64,000 nt of DNA, taken from contig NC_068992.1 of assembly GCF_001194135.2 (NCBI RefSeq), positions 23,310,820 to 23,374,819 on the forward strand. Reading direction: 5' to 3'. Both the position numbers and the translations under genes were made by a program. The notes below the pieces were generated by a model. The model did not search any database, was not told where the DNA came from, and saw nothing but the letters and a program-made list of their open reading frames with translations. This DNA is from Octopus bimaculoides. Taxonomy: Eukaryota. Position 1 is the stretch's first letter; every line of letters begins with the position of its first letter. Positions 52,641-64,000 of the stretch are shown in pieces.

Positions 52641-54139
52641 GGGTACTGTTTTTATAAATGTATGAAAATCACTTGATGGCATCGGAAAATGATTAACCGA
52701 AGATTCTTATGCTTCCTGAGTCATTAATCCTGCTAACGAAACTGGAGTCCCAAAATTAGAATAGTTTTGCCTGAAGGTATTAGTGTACGGTTTTTGCGAT
52801 GCTATTTTAATTTTCCAAAGTGGAATGTAATCTGAATTGTCACAAAAGGACGTTCGAGAGAACTGGATAAAATTTATTCCTTGAATGTAACTTGTTTACG
52901 AAGACTGAAGTAGAAGAATGAAAGAACAGAAAGAGAAAGAAAAAGAAGAAATAAAAATCAGTTTGGAAAGGAAATAGAAGTTTGTTGAAGACAAGAGAAT
53001 ACATGCATCAGTGAAAAAGGAGAAACAGAACGAAGGTATAAAATAAGAGCAGTTGGAGATTCAAAAGCGAGGGAAGTGATATGAAAGGAAATAAAAGAAC
53101 GGAATAGAAATTATGGAATGAAAATTTAGAGAAAGCGAGAGGGAGAGAGAGAAAGAGACAGAGACAGCGCGAGAGAGAGGAGAGAAAGTGAGAGAGAGAT
53201 TTACAAGTATCGTAATAGTAATTGTAACAGAAAAGAAAATAGGAAACCGGGGGCAAAGATGCATGAGAGAATCTGGATGAAAGGAAAATAGGAATAATAG
53301 CTGCTTGCCAGGAAGCGAAAAAGCGCTGAAAGCGTATTTCTTTGATCTGGCAACTAAACAATGAGCACACATGGCTATGTCTGAATTACTTTTGCTAATG
53401 TACGTTATTGGCACGAAGAAAGGTTTGTTTTAAACATCGTAATGCTGCGCTGTATTTCAATGTTATATTCACAATGGCTTAAAATATATTTATTGCTTAG
53501 ACTGGAAGTTTGTCGGTTTTATAATAAAATGTAACATTTATGCTCTCATCATTTAAAAAATGTTTTCCGTTTATCATAGTTATCACATTCATTATGATCA
53601 TAGGAGTACATAAGATGCATATTATAAACAGTATTGTGACTTGATATTAGCCATTTGTATTTGTTCTGTTTTTATCTACATTCACTCTACATATGTAAGC
53701 GAATATCCATATTTACACTTAATGGCTATTAATCTTGAAGAAGAGGAATTGAAGTCAAACGACACAAGTATATATCAATATAATCTTTTCATGCATACAA
53801 TATGTAATATAACAATTAAATCGCAAACCTTAGCTTCAAAAAATTTTGTTGTTGAAACAACAGCTCCGTGGTACAATAAGTTATGCTTTCCCTAATAAGG
53901 TGCATGCGTTACTATAATTCTACAATTACTTTTATCGTCGCCTAACAGCATATATTCATATTTGAAAAACACACATTAAATATTTGAGAATGGATGAATA
54001 TAGGGAGTTCAGAAATACGATACGTAACTACATCGTTCAGGTTTTGACAACATTTCTTGACCGCGGGGTAAAATATTTTCTTCCATTTTCAATATCATTT
54101 TTATTTGAGGAGGTCATAGATGGAAGTTCATATTTTAAG

Positions 54140-54438
54140 TTTATAGTAGATGTGCAGCTGTGGCAAGAAGCTTGCTTCCCAATCACCGTGTCCAGGGTTC
54201 AGTCTCACAGCTTGAGAGCTTGAAGAAGTGTATTCGACTGTAACCTCGGACCGACCAAAGCTTTTTGAATGCACTTGGTAAAAGATAACTGAAAGAAGCC
54301 CGTCGTATACTTATAATGTGTGTATGTGTATGTCTTAGTCTTTGTATTTATGTTTGTCATCAACTACACCTTGACAACCGGTGTTGGTGTGTTTATATTC
54401 CTTTAACTTAGAGGTTCGGCATAAGTAACCTAGAAAAT
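54140..54438 (+). mobile_element. SINE family B, runs into gap
   Basis: Head plus GACCGACCAAAGC...AACTGAAAGAAGCCCGTCGTATA plus CTTGACAACCG..GTTGGTGTGTTTA, as in 21195-21605. Confidence 0.8.
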
Positions 54439-55276
54439 NNNNNNNNNNNNNNNNNNNNNNNNNNNNNNNNNNNNNNNNNNNNNNNNNNNNNNNNNNNNNN
54501 NNNNNNNNNNNNNNNNNNNNNNNNNNNNNNNNNNNNNNNNNNNNNNNNNNNNNNNNNNNNNNNNNNNNNNNNNNNNNNNNNNNNNNNNNNNTATATATAT
54601 ATATATATATATATTTAAATGAGCACGCACACACACACACACACGTAAATATATATATTTACATACACACACATATATATTTATATATATATACGAGTGT
54701 ATATGTGTGTGCGTGTGTGCATATGTATGTGTTTATCAGGGAATAATGTTAGTGTTTAGCCTAGTAAAAAGCACGAGTAGGATAGTCTTTTAGTTACACG
54801 TATAAATATAAGTATCCGGGTGGTAGCGTGATCAGAAATATGCTTCCTACAACATGATTCCGAGTCCGCTCCCATTGCGTGTCACCTTGGGAAACACACA
54901 TATCAAAAAATTAAAACATGCCTAATAACATGATGTGAACCTCATCCCCAAAATTTGAAGTGAATACTTTTACGACATGATTCTTGTGATTATTATCAAG
55001 GCACTGAAGTTGAAATTTCACCTAGGAATGCTTTGTCTTTCTTCTTTCCATGTTCGATGAAGTACATGTTTCATCACCGGGATGAATGTAATGGAAGAGC
55101 CCAGTTCTCCAAATTTAGGACTTTGTACCTTTAATAGGGAAGATTATTTCTACACCCTTATAGTTACTGTATAATAAAACAAGATTCCATTTCATCGTAA
55201 ATCGTTAACATGTCTTATGCTCTTCCATTTTTCTCTTGATTAGGTAAGATCTAACCTTACAACCCTAACCTTCGTT

Positions 55277-55570
55277 ATGGCGTGTAATATAATATTTTCA
55301 ACAGTTATAGTATCGTATTAGGTAATACAGAAGACTCACATAAGTATACCCCAATTCCAGCTGCGCATATGCAAGGAAAATGCTTTTAGTGCATTAAAGA
55401 TTATGGGTGGGGTAAATTCCCATAATGGATTCCAGAGTGGCTGCTTGAACCACTTTTTTATAAAAAAAAGCAAGTGCGATGTGTATACCATGCAAAAGGG
55501 TACAATGTGTTTGTTGTACAAACAACGATATAAGATATCTATAGAAATATCTATAGAAACTGTTATTTAA
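55277..55570 (+). pseudogene. Candidate secreted PAN/Apple-like protein frame with one in-frame TAG
   Basis: MACNIIFSTVIVSY*VIQK...RICKEN...SGCLNHFFIKKSKCDVYTMQKGTMCLLYK...VI*. Hydrophobic N-terminus; Cys spacing C-x23-C-x3-[F]-x6-C-x2-Y-x7-C-x-L. Confidence 0.25.
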
Positions 55571-56307
55571 ATAGCTATATGCCGTCCTATGTTTTATTAT
55601 GTTATGTTATTGTCTCTATACTTTATGCAGACGTGGTAAAAATCTTTTTTTTTACAAACATATACTTGCAAAAGGATGAAGTTTTTCTCGGGTAATGTGT
55701 TTGACATATATCTTAATAAACAATCGCTTACCTGGCATATGTTTAATCTCTGCGCATATTTGTCGTCAGAGACACTTTTGTTGTCATATCATAAAAATCT
55801 TGGTGATGCCTTTGTTGGTGTGTTAATGTGCTTCAACTGGCAATTTAAGTAGATCCGGTAGTAGATTTTATATTATACTGCATAATATATAATATAATTT
55901 TTAGATGAAAGTAAGAGTTGATATTATATGATTACATAAATATTCTTATAGCAAACTTTACTAGTTCAGCAGCTAAAACATCCGCATTAAGTAATTATGG
56001 AATCGTGATTAAAGCCTTTATAGAATGAAATAAACTATTTCGAGAATTCGTTATTATTTTATAGATTTACTGTTTATTAAACTCTTTCCATCGAAAGTTC
56101 AAAGTTTCAAACTTCTAAATGGAAGCTATAACAGTGACTATACGACAATACAGAATAATAAGTAGGCTGGGATCTAAATATTATCTCAACGTTTTCGATA
56201 TATTTTGATACTTAACAAGATCTCGTCTCACCGTAATGGCTGAAGTAAGCACAATAAGAAATACACATACACTGATTCACTAACACATCCACACACTGGT
56301 TCGTCTG

Positions 56308-56384
<77 letters not shown>
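56308..56384. repeat. (TATC)n microsatellite
   Basis: Perfect tetranucleotide run. Confidence 0.95.
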
Positions 56385-56385
<1 letters not shown>

Positions 56386-56973
56386 CTCTGTTTCTGTGTA
56401 CATACTCTGCCCCTTCTCTCTCATACACACACACACACATATGTGTATGTATGCGTAGAGGTGCCTGGCTTTGTGGTTAAAACAAACGGTTGTAAATATT
56501 AACGTAAGAATGTACCTTCGATTTCTAGACCGAGATATGTGTTGTGCGCTTGGGCAAAGCATTTCATTCCACGTTCCTCCAGCGAAATCCTGCGACTGAC
56601 CGGTGTCTCATTCAGGGGAAATATATACACCACAGAACCCGGAGAAACTTGTTAATAAGCCTATGGTTCGGAAAGGATTTTAGGTCCTATATATATATAT
56701 ATATNNNNNNNNNNNNNNNNNNNNNNNNNNNNNNNNNNNNNNNNNNNNNNNNNNNNNNNNNNNNNNNNNNNNNNNNNNNNNNNNNNNNNNNNNNNNNNNN
56801 NNNNNNNNNNNNNNNNNNNNNNNNNNNNNNNNNNNNNNNNNNNNNNNNNNNNNNNNNNNNNNNNNNNNNNNNNNNNNNNNNNNNNNNNNNNNNNNNNNNN
56901 NNNNNNNNNNNNNNNNNNNNNNNNNNNNNNNNNNNNNNNNNNNNNNNNNNNNNNNNNNNNNNNNNNNNNNNNN

Positions 56974-57020
<47 letters not shown>

Positions 57021-57432
57021 GATAGATATATAGATAGATAGATAGATACATGTGTTTGTGTTTGTGTGTGCGTGTGCGAGCGCGCGTGTTGAGAGTCTGT
57101 TAGGTCTGTATATGCCTGTGTATCTGTGTTTCTGCTTGTCACATCCATCACACTACTTGACACCAAGTATTGAGTTGTTTTTTTTCCTAAATTTAAGAAT
57201 GCAGAGAATCGACTTACTCTTTTAGTCCCCTCAACCAAATATTTATGACTTGATGTACGTTGAAGCACTAGTTGTGAGACTGTAGAGCTAAATATTTTAG
57301 CTTTTGTTTCTTAATCTCAAATTCAAGTCTTTCAAATGTAATATGCATTTCATTCAATCGAAGTAGACGAAATAAATACCAGTAATATACTGAATTCCAC
57401 TAATACACCTCTCTATACAACCTATTGCTTTC

Positions 57433-57787
57433 TCATTTCAATAATTGCTTAGAAATCAATACTAACTGCAGTTGTAACCTGAAATTTGATGTCATTCGAA
57501 CAATTTTCTTTATTATGTTCCCGATCATCTTCTGACTTATTCCATCACTAGTTTCAATACAACCACGTGGTTCTTGACTATCTTTAACAGAAGCCACACT
57601 ACTGTAAGCATTTGCGTAAGTCCTCAATCTGATTAAATTTCGAATGTATTGCCCCAGAAGCCTTAAGCACGTTCCCTACTTTTCCAGATATATAAACATT
57701 TAAATTGTGTAGCCATAAAAGATTATAGTAAAAAAATTTGCAACATCCGTTGTGAACCGAATAATTGATAGCAATATTAGAACACAT
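57433..57787 (-). mobile_element. Decayed Helitron/PIF1-like helicase fragment (motifs I-III)
   Basis: Two overlapping track ORFs joined by a frameshift give NGCCKFFYYNLL (~GSGKTFLYNTLL), ASGAIHSKFN (~GG.TAHSRFK), IETSDGISQKM (~IIWDEISM) and VLISKQLL (~GGDFRQLL), in order. Confidence 0.55.
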
Positions 57788-58217
57788 TATCTAATCCTTT
57801 CAGTCGAAATCAATGAAATTAGATTAATTATTAAATGAATATGTTGATCTAATTTGTCTCCTGTGAGTGACAATTCCTGTACTCGATACCCTTGTAAATC
57901 CTCATCGAAATTATACAGTTCGATTAGGAAATGCTATGGAAGTATTCTGTTGTGGAATTTGAAATATAAGTAAATATTTTATCTCTTAATGACAATGTAC
58001 ACGTTATACTCACACTAACTCACTGAGCTTTGAACCTCAATCATTACAACATATTACAAAAACGGAAAATATTTTTGTGAGTTTTGAAAGTTTTTATATT
58101 TTTGGCAAGTGGATAATCATTCGAAAGTCGAAAAAGTGTTCAGTTTTAAGAATTCCATCAATTATCCATCTATACAAATTTGATCATCATCCCAAATGGA
58201 TATATTAAAAAAAAAAA

Positions 58218-59345
58218 GTCCATTTCGCCGAATTTGTATCAAATTTGTATCAACTGATCAACTGCCTAAATTCGTTGAACTTACTACCGGGTTAACAAGA
58301 TCCACTTTTACATTTAGCAAAATTCCACCAAACACCTAGTTTTGTTGAACTGTCTACTGAGGTAAATTCGGTCAACTGTCCAACTGGATAAATGCAATAC
58401 ACTTTTCATTTAAGGAACTTTCATCAAATGTTGAACTGGATAAATTCAATCAATTTTTCCATTTTGGCAAGTTCGCACAAATGTCTATATAGGCAAATGC
58501 GATCACTTGTCCACATGGTTAAATCGATCATCAGCTTATTTAGCCAAATTCAACCAACTAATCATCTCAATAAATTGGATCAACTCCTTAAATAATTAAA
58601 CCCGTTCAAGACACCAGGCAGATTGATTCTTTGAACTGTCCGCCTAGATGAACTTGAACTCCTGTTTAAATTCGATGAACTGCCCATTTACATAAATCCT
58701 ATCAACTGTCTGTTTATCATTCTTTGATCAAAAGGTCTATTTAACCGAGATCGATCAGCTTTCAACCTGCTAAAATGCGATCAACTGTCATTTTAGCCAA
58801 ATTCTATCAACTGTCTATTTTTGCAAATTCCTTCAGCTGTCCACCTACTTAAAGTCGATCATCTGTCTATTTTGGCGTATTCGATCAATTATAAATTCAA
58901 TTAACTGTTCACATGAATGAATTCTATATACTGTTCATTGTGCTATATTCGATCAACTGCTCATCGTGCTAAATATTCTCAACTGCCCATTAAAAGAAAT
59001 CCAATCAACTGTTCATTGAGCTCAAGTGGGTCAACTGTCATTTTAACCAAATTCGATCAACTTCTCCACCTGACTATATACTATCATCTGTCCACTTTGT
59101 AGTATTTATTGAACTGTTCATTTAACCAAATTCTATCAACTGCCCATTTACCAAAATTAGATCAACGATGTACCAGACTGAAGTAAATCAACTCTGCAAC
59201 TGTCTAAATTCGAAGTGTTGCCCACCTGGCTAAATTCAACAGTACATTTAACCAAATTGGACCATCTATCAACATGATCAAATGCGATCAGTTGTACATT
59301 CAATCAAATTTACACGACTTTCCGCAAAATCAAATTCGTTTAATT
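58218..59345. repeat. Degenerate 26-bp tandem array (minisatellite)
   Basis: Consensus about AAATTCGATCAACTGTCCATTTAGCC. Unit starts at 58773, 58799, 58825 and 58851 give a period of 26; roughly 40 units. Confidence 0.9.
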
Positions 59346-61132
59346 GTCTAATAAGCCAAAGTGTCTAATAAAGCCAAACTACGCACTTGGCCATATCCGA
59401 TTAAAAGTCCGCACAAGTCTATCATAAAAAGAAACGCTATGTCAGAATCCGTTTGAATCCCGGTTGTTCATTTTGTTGCATGAAAACTCTCGTAATCTTG
59501 GCATGTACGAAGAATATTATAAACTATTTGGAAGAATTAGATATACATTGTCCCTTGAAGGTCAACACAATCTTTCCTATATTATATAACAATATCATGT
59601 GGCAACAAGCCTTATTTTTATAAGAAAATTTCTCAGACAGAAACAAAGTAGAATTTCAAGAGTGTGGGAAGGTCATTGATGAGGTCACGAATAACAACGA
59701 AACGATTCTAACAGAAAACTAACAACCGGATGATTGCTCAATCTAGATATTAAACAAACAATTGTATAGAGTTAATTGGTAAAATAAAGAAATGGCATTG
59801 AAGCAGTGCGTGTGATTATTTTAACTTTTATTAGCACCCGTAGACATAACCTCTTTACTAGGAGTTGTGACGTAATTTAATTAAAATAATTACTACTGTA
59901 TCTTGATATCACGAACTGCACTAATTTTTAATATGAAATACATTCCAATATTTAAAAGTATTATAATACGGTTTATTGAGTGTATTAATTGTACTGAAAC
60001 TAAGAACAATAATTACAATATTTTATAATATTTATTTGTAATAAAAAGTAATTTTTGCAATAAATATGTTAGTAATAAATATTAACAACTTTAATTAAAC
60101 TAGCTTTAATAGACAAAAGGTTATTTATAAATTCCACCATAAAATATTTTCTTTTTAGATATTAAAGAGAATCTGGAAAAAGTAAAACACCACATTACAA
60201 AATATCAATAAATTCATATTTATTCTTAATTTTCATTTATTATATTACTCATTATTAGCGCCTAAATTGAGATGCTTGTGATAATGTTTAAACAACGATA
60301 AATTCCTAAATTATGTTATACATAGTTTATCGTGCTTGTGCCAATACATTTTAGAAATGATCTTGAATTAAATATACTTTAAACATTAATTCAATTAATT
60401 GTGTTTAAATTATACCCATGTAAATTATACCTAGTACTGTAAATATTGTTAAATGTCTTTTGATGATTCATAGGGCGTCTATAAAATTACTTCTCTCTTT
60501 ACATAATGTACCTAATAAGTTTTAGTATTTCTAATTCATTCTATGCTAATTCTTCTAGATTCTATTTATTGCACTTAAACCACAAACATATATCAGACTG
60601 AACTATCACATAACTACACCTTATTGTGGAGTATGATACTATTTATCACTTTTATAACTTTCTTTTCTTATATCATTCACATTTTGAATGAATATGTAGT
60701 ACGGGGCACATACATATACATACCTTTGTCTTTCAACGCACATAGTAGAAAGGTACGAGCTGGTGATGGAGTCTTGACAGGTTTCATAACACACACTATG
60801 TCTCCAAGAAATATTTAGGCTTTCAGGACGTGGCCTCTTCAATTTACAAATCAGGACGATATAACAAGAGAGATCGAATTGGATAAACAGTGTAGTTGGA
60901 TTCATGACGGTCGATGTATTATACCCCCCCCCCTATTTGATACCTATAATATTGTACCTGAAGATAATGGATTATATATTATAATTTATGTATGAACACA
61001 TCAATAGAATTCTCCAGAAACAACTGCCGTAAAATGTTAACCTGATTTTTTTTTGTTTGTATGTATATATAAATACACACACGCGCGCGCACACACACAT
61101 ATATTTACATATATATATATATATATATATAT

Positions 61133-61398
61133 CGCGTGATCACATGACCAGCCAGACTATCAGATGTTGTTACTTATTGCTGGTCACAATGCACTTTACA
61201 ATGTTTTAGACTTCAAATAACGCCATCCCGCTGGCTAGGCGAGCAGGCCTATACTCCCCCTTGATCGAAAGAGGACTGGAGCTAAGTGAAAGGTAGTGTT
61301 TTGCTCAAGAACACAGCGCGCCACCCAGTCTGGGAATGGAACTTACGATCGCTAGATCGTGAGTACAACAGCCTTACCACTAAGCCACGTGCCTTCAC
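61133..61398 (-). mobile_element. tRNA-derived SINE
   Basis: Reverse begins GTGAAGGCACGTGGCTTAGTGGTAAGG...GTAAGTTCCATTCC...GTGTTCTTGAGCAAAACACT; same head family as 47960-48080. Confidence 0.7.
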
Positions 61399-62869
61399 GC
61401 ACACATGCATAGTCACACATATTTGTACAACCCCTGAACCATTGGCTTAATTCGTTGCAGGAACTGCTGAGTTGAACCACACTACTTCCTATTCGAAATG
61501 AACCTTGTTACAACACTTGATGTCCAGCTATCGAATCATATTTCGGTAATAATACATATGTCATTAGATCATACTTCTTCACACTTTCATATGTCGCGGC
61601 TCTCTCTGACCTATAATATTAATAGAATTAATTAGAAATAGATTCGATTAATATCTACACCCAATGTCATCATTGTCATGTATTTTATAAAGTTTCAATT
61701 ATATCTAAATTATATAACCAGCTAGACTGTAGCAGTCATAAAATCTTACTTAAATCTTAATTATACGTATATTAGTGGGTAATAACGTTGTAATAATATT
61801 ATTGCGATATTTTATTTTATATCAAATTTGTTAAATTCTGCATAACCAGCACTCTTCATATGATACTAAAGCAAATTATAAAATAGAGGTGAGTTGTATC
61901 TCAGATATACAGACAATCAATAAAATATAATTATATAATTGCCAGTCATTTCATATATACGTAGCATCAATATTTTCGTTTGAAATATATCAGTATATTA
62001 CATTTTGTTTCATTAAATATATTTATTTCTTTTTATCTCAACGCATAATTTTTCTCCTTTCATATATGATTTCGAATGTTTTAACCAGTTTCAAACGATG
62101 CTCGTTTCTTTCAAAATTGCAATAGAATGATACAAACCATAACGTAACAGAAAAGTTTGTTTCTGCAGACAGTTGTGAAATTTTATTCTGTATTCAGCAT
62201 CTTAAAGTTATAACTGTCGAAGCGTCGGCAAACCAAGCACCCGCATCCATATCCGGTATCTTCATAGCATTCACTTTGTCATGAATACATCATCAATCAA
62301 AACCAGACATGACAAAATACAATCTAGGGTGTACACAAGATTGACATCTCATCTGATAGTTTGCTAGTATGAATCATGCTCAAGAAAAACTAAAGAAATA
62401 AACGTAAACAGAAGACCGACTAAATATGGTCGCTTACTGTATTTGTAGCAATCGATTACTTTGATATCTGCATAAGGTTATATTCTCTAAATTAAATTTA
62501 AAAGATGTATCATTCGTAAATCTAAATTTCTAAGAGGAACACATAATAGGATTTTACTATCGATTCTTGAAATATATTCAATTAGTGGAAAGATAAATTA
62601 AGACAAATATCATTCAGGTGTTATATATATTTGAAATAGATAAGAAAAAAAGTGGATAGTGCAAGTTTAAGTATTATTTGCTTTTATTGTTAAATTACAA
62701 ACACACAAACACCCCCCCCCCACACACACACACATATACACACATACACACACACACACATATATACACACACACACACAAATACTTCTAGACGTGCAAG
62801 TATATTTGAATGCGTTTGTCTACGTGTATGTGAGTGGAGTGTGATCCAACAGCAAAGCGAAAAATACTT

Positions 62870-62908
<39 letters not shown>

Positions 62909-62989
62909 TTTACATATATAGATATATATGTGTGTGTGTGTATACGGAGGGAGAAAGAGGGGTATAGAGAGAGAAAGAGAGAGAGAGAA

Positions 62990-63020
<31 letters not shown>

Positions 63021-63298
63021 AAGAGAGAGAGAGGGAGAGATCAATTCATAGATAGGGAGATAGATGTAGAAGCAGATAGATTGACAAAGACTTAGATTTT
63101 GGAGAAGTACTTGTCTGGGAATATCTGAAAGCATTTATAGTAAGTCTTCCTACACACTGGTCTCATTCTACGAGTATAGTATATGAAAGAGTAAATATAT
63201 GTGGTATCATAAAGATGTTCTCGAACAGCGTTTACGCATATCATTCACAAAGAACAAGATATTTATTCACTTGATCGGTAACAACACACACATACATA

Positions 63299-64000
63299 CG
63301 AGATGGTATGAAAGTTTTTCAGGACCAGTTCTGTAGCGTGCCAACAGATGACAGCATAAGGTTGCGTGGGCAATGAAAGCTAGCAGTGAACTTCGTGAGG
63401 CAGTGTGCCGAGTGACGTTGCTGCGTTTACTGAACAAGTTGTGAAATTTGTGTGTTTGTGATCACGTGTATGGTGTACTGTGCGATTTTTCATGGATGGG
63501 AACAGAGCCAACGTGAAATTTTAGGTTAACTTTGGGTAGTCTGCTACAGAGACATTCAGCATGCTTTGGAAAGCTTACAGCGACGATGCAATGAGTCGCA
63601 CGTAATGTTTCGAGTGGCACTGGCTATTCAAAAGTGGAAGGACTTCCTTAGAAGTCAACGAACGGTTTGGAAAACCTACCACGAGCGTCACACCCGGAAA
63701 CGTGGTATTGTACTTCGGGTATTCAACCCCCACAGCCAAACCATCAATCGAGAGTTGTGCTGCCACGCTTCCAAGCATTTGAGAGAGGACATTCGGTGAA
63801 AGAGACGAATCTTTTAAGCACAACGACTTGAATTCTTCACCGATCTCTCCTCACTCCTGGGTTTATCGCCAAAAAAAAAAAAAACGACATATTAACGTTT
63901 CCGCAACCGCCATATCCACCAAATTTAGCACCTGAAGATTTTCATCTCATCTCGAAGAAGATTGTATAGCCCAAGGATCACCATTTTCGTACCGTTGTCG
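63299..64000 (+). mobile_element. Internally deleted mariner element, runs off window end
   Basis: TA+CGAGATGGTATGAAAGTTTTTCAGGAC TIR-like start. NRANVKF/..SATETFSMLWKAYSDDAMSRT*CFEW..FKSGRTSLE.NER.GKP.TS joined directly to GIV..F.P..QTINRE, then PQPPYPPNLAPEDF. Confidence 0.85.

Noticed and set aside
13728-55245. AG|GT recursive-splice-like sites (minus 13728 and 22688, plus 55243)
   Set aside because: They lie on both strands, and a rough base-composition estimate predicts a few such motifs by chance in 64 kb. A saw-tooth intronic RNA-seq pattern would be needed.
58218-59345. CRISPR array or coding repeat (ORFs 58392 and 58917)
   Set aside because: Eukaryotic context, no unique spacers, no cas genes, and a period of 26 with stops.
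59680-59710. TTGATGAG...CGAAACG hammerhead-like words
   Set aside because: No stem II or stem I pairing can be formed.
62130-62330. Cys-rich minus-strand frame ECYEDTGYGCGCLVCRRFDSYNFK
   Set aside because: Short, bounded by stops, no clear splice signals, and the Cys spacing fits no domain I can name.

Overview
AT-rich eukaryotic, essentially non-coding DNA with many (TA)n, (CA)n, (TTA)n, (GA)n and (TATC)n microsatellites and 11 N gaps. The repeat landscape looks like an Octopus-type cephalopod assembly (inference, not verified by search). No host protein-coding gene can be called with confidence, and most ORFs in the track are microsatellite or gap artefacts. What can be read is a dense layer of decayed mobile elements. 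LINEs: L1/Tx1 and CR1/L2-group RT fragments, RTE remnants, and several restriction-like-endonuclease LINE ends (R4/Dong-like, Hero-like). Other classes: a Penelope GIY-YIG fragment, four Tc1/mariner pieces, a pogo/Tigger-type MITE, two probable Helitron helicase remnants and at least three tRNA-derived SINE families. The most interesting signals are five. (1) A family of long fold-back elements with shared outer arms, unrelated self-complementary inner arms and a common 3' stem-loop; one copy splits a SINE with a 14-bp target duplication. (2) Three minimal Penelope-type hammerhead ribozyme motifs, two with non-canonical cores. (3) An 882-bp mariner derivative built from two inverted 5' ends. 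(4) A signal-peptide plus PAN/Apple-like reading frame interrupted by one TAG. (5) A ~1.1 kb degenerate 26-bp tandem array. All alignments were made by eye and boundaries of decayed elements are approximate.
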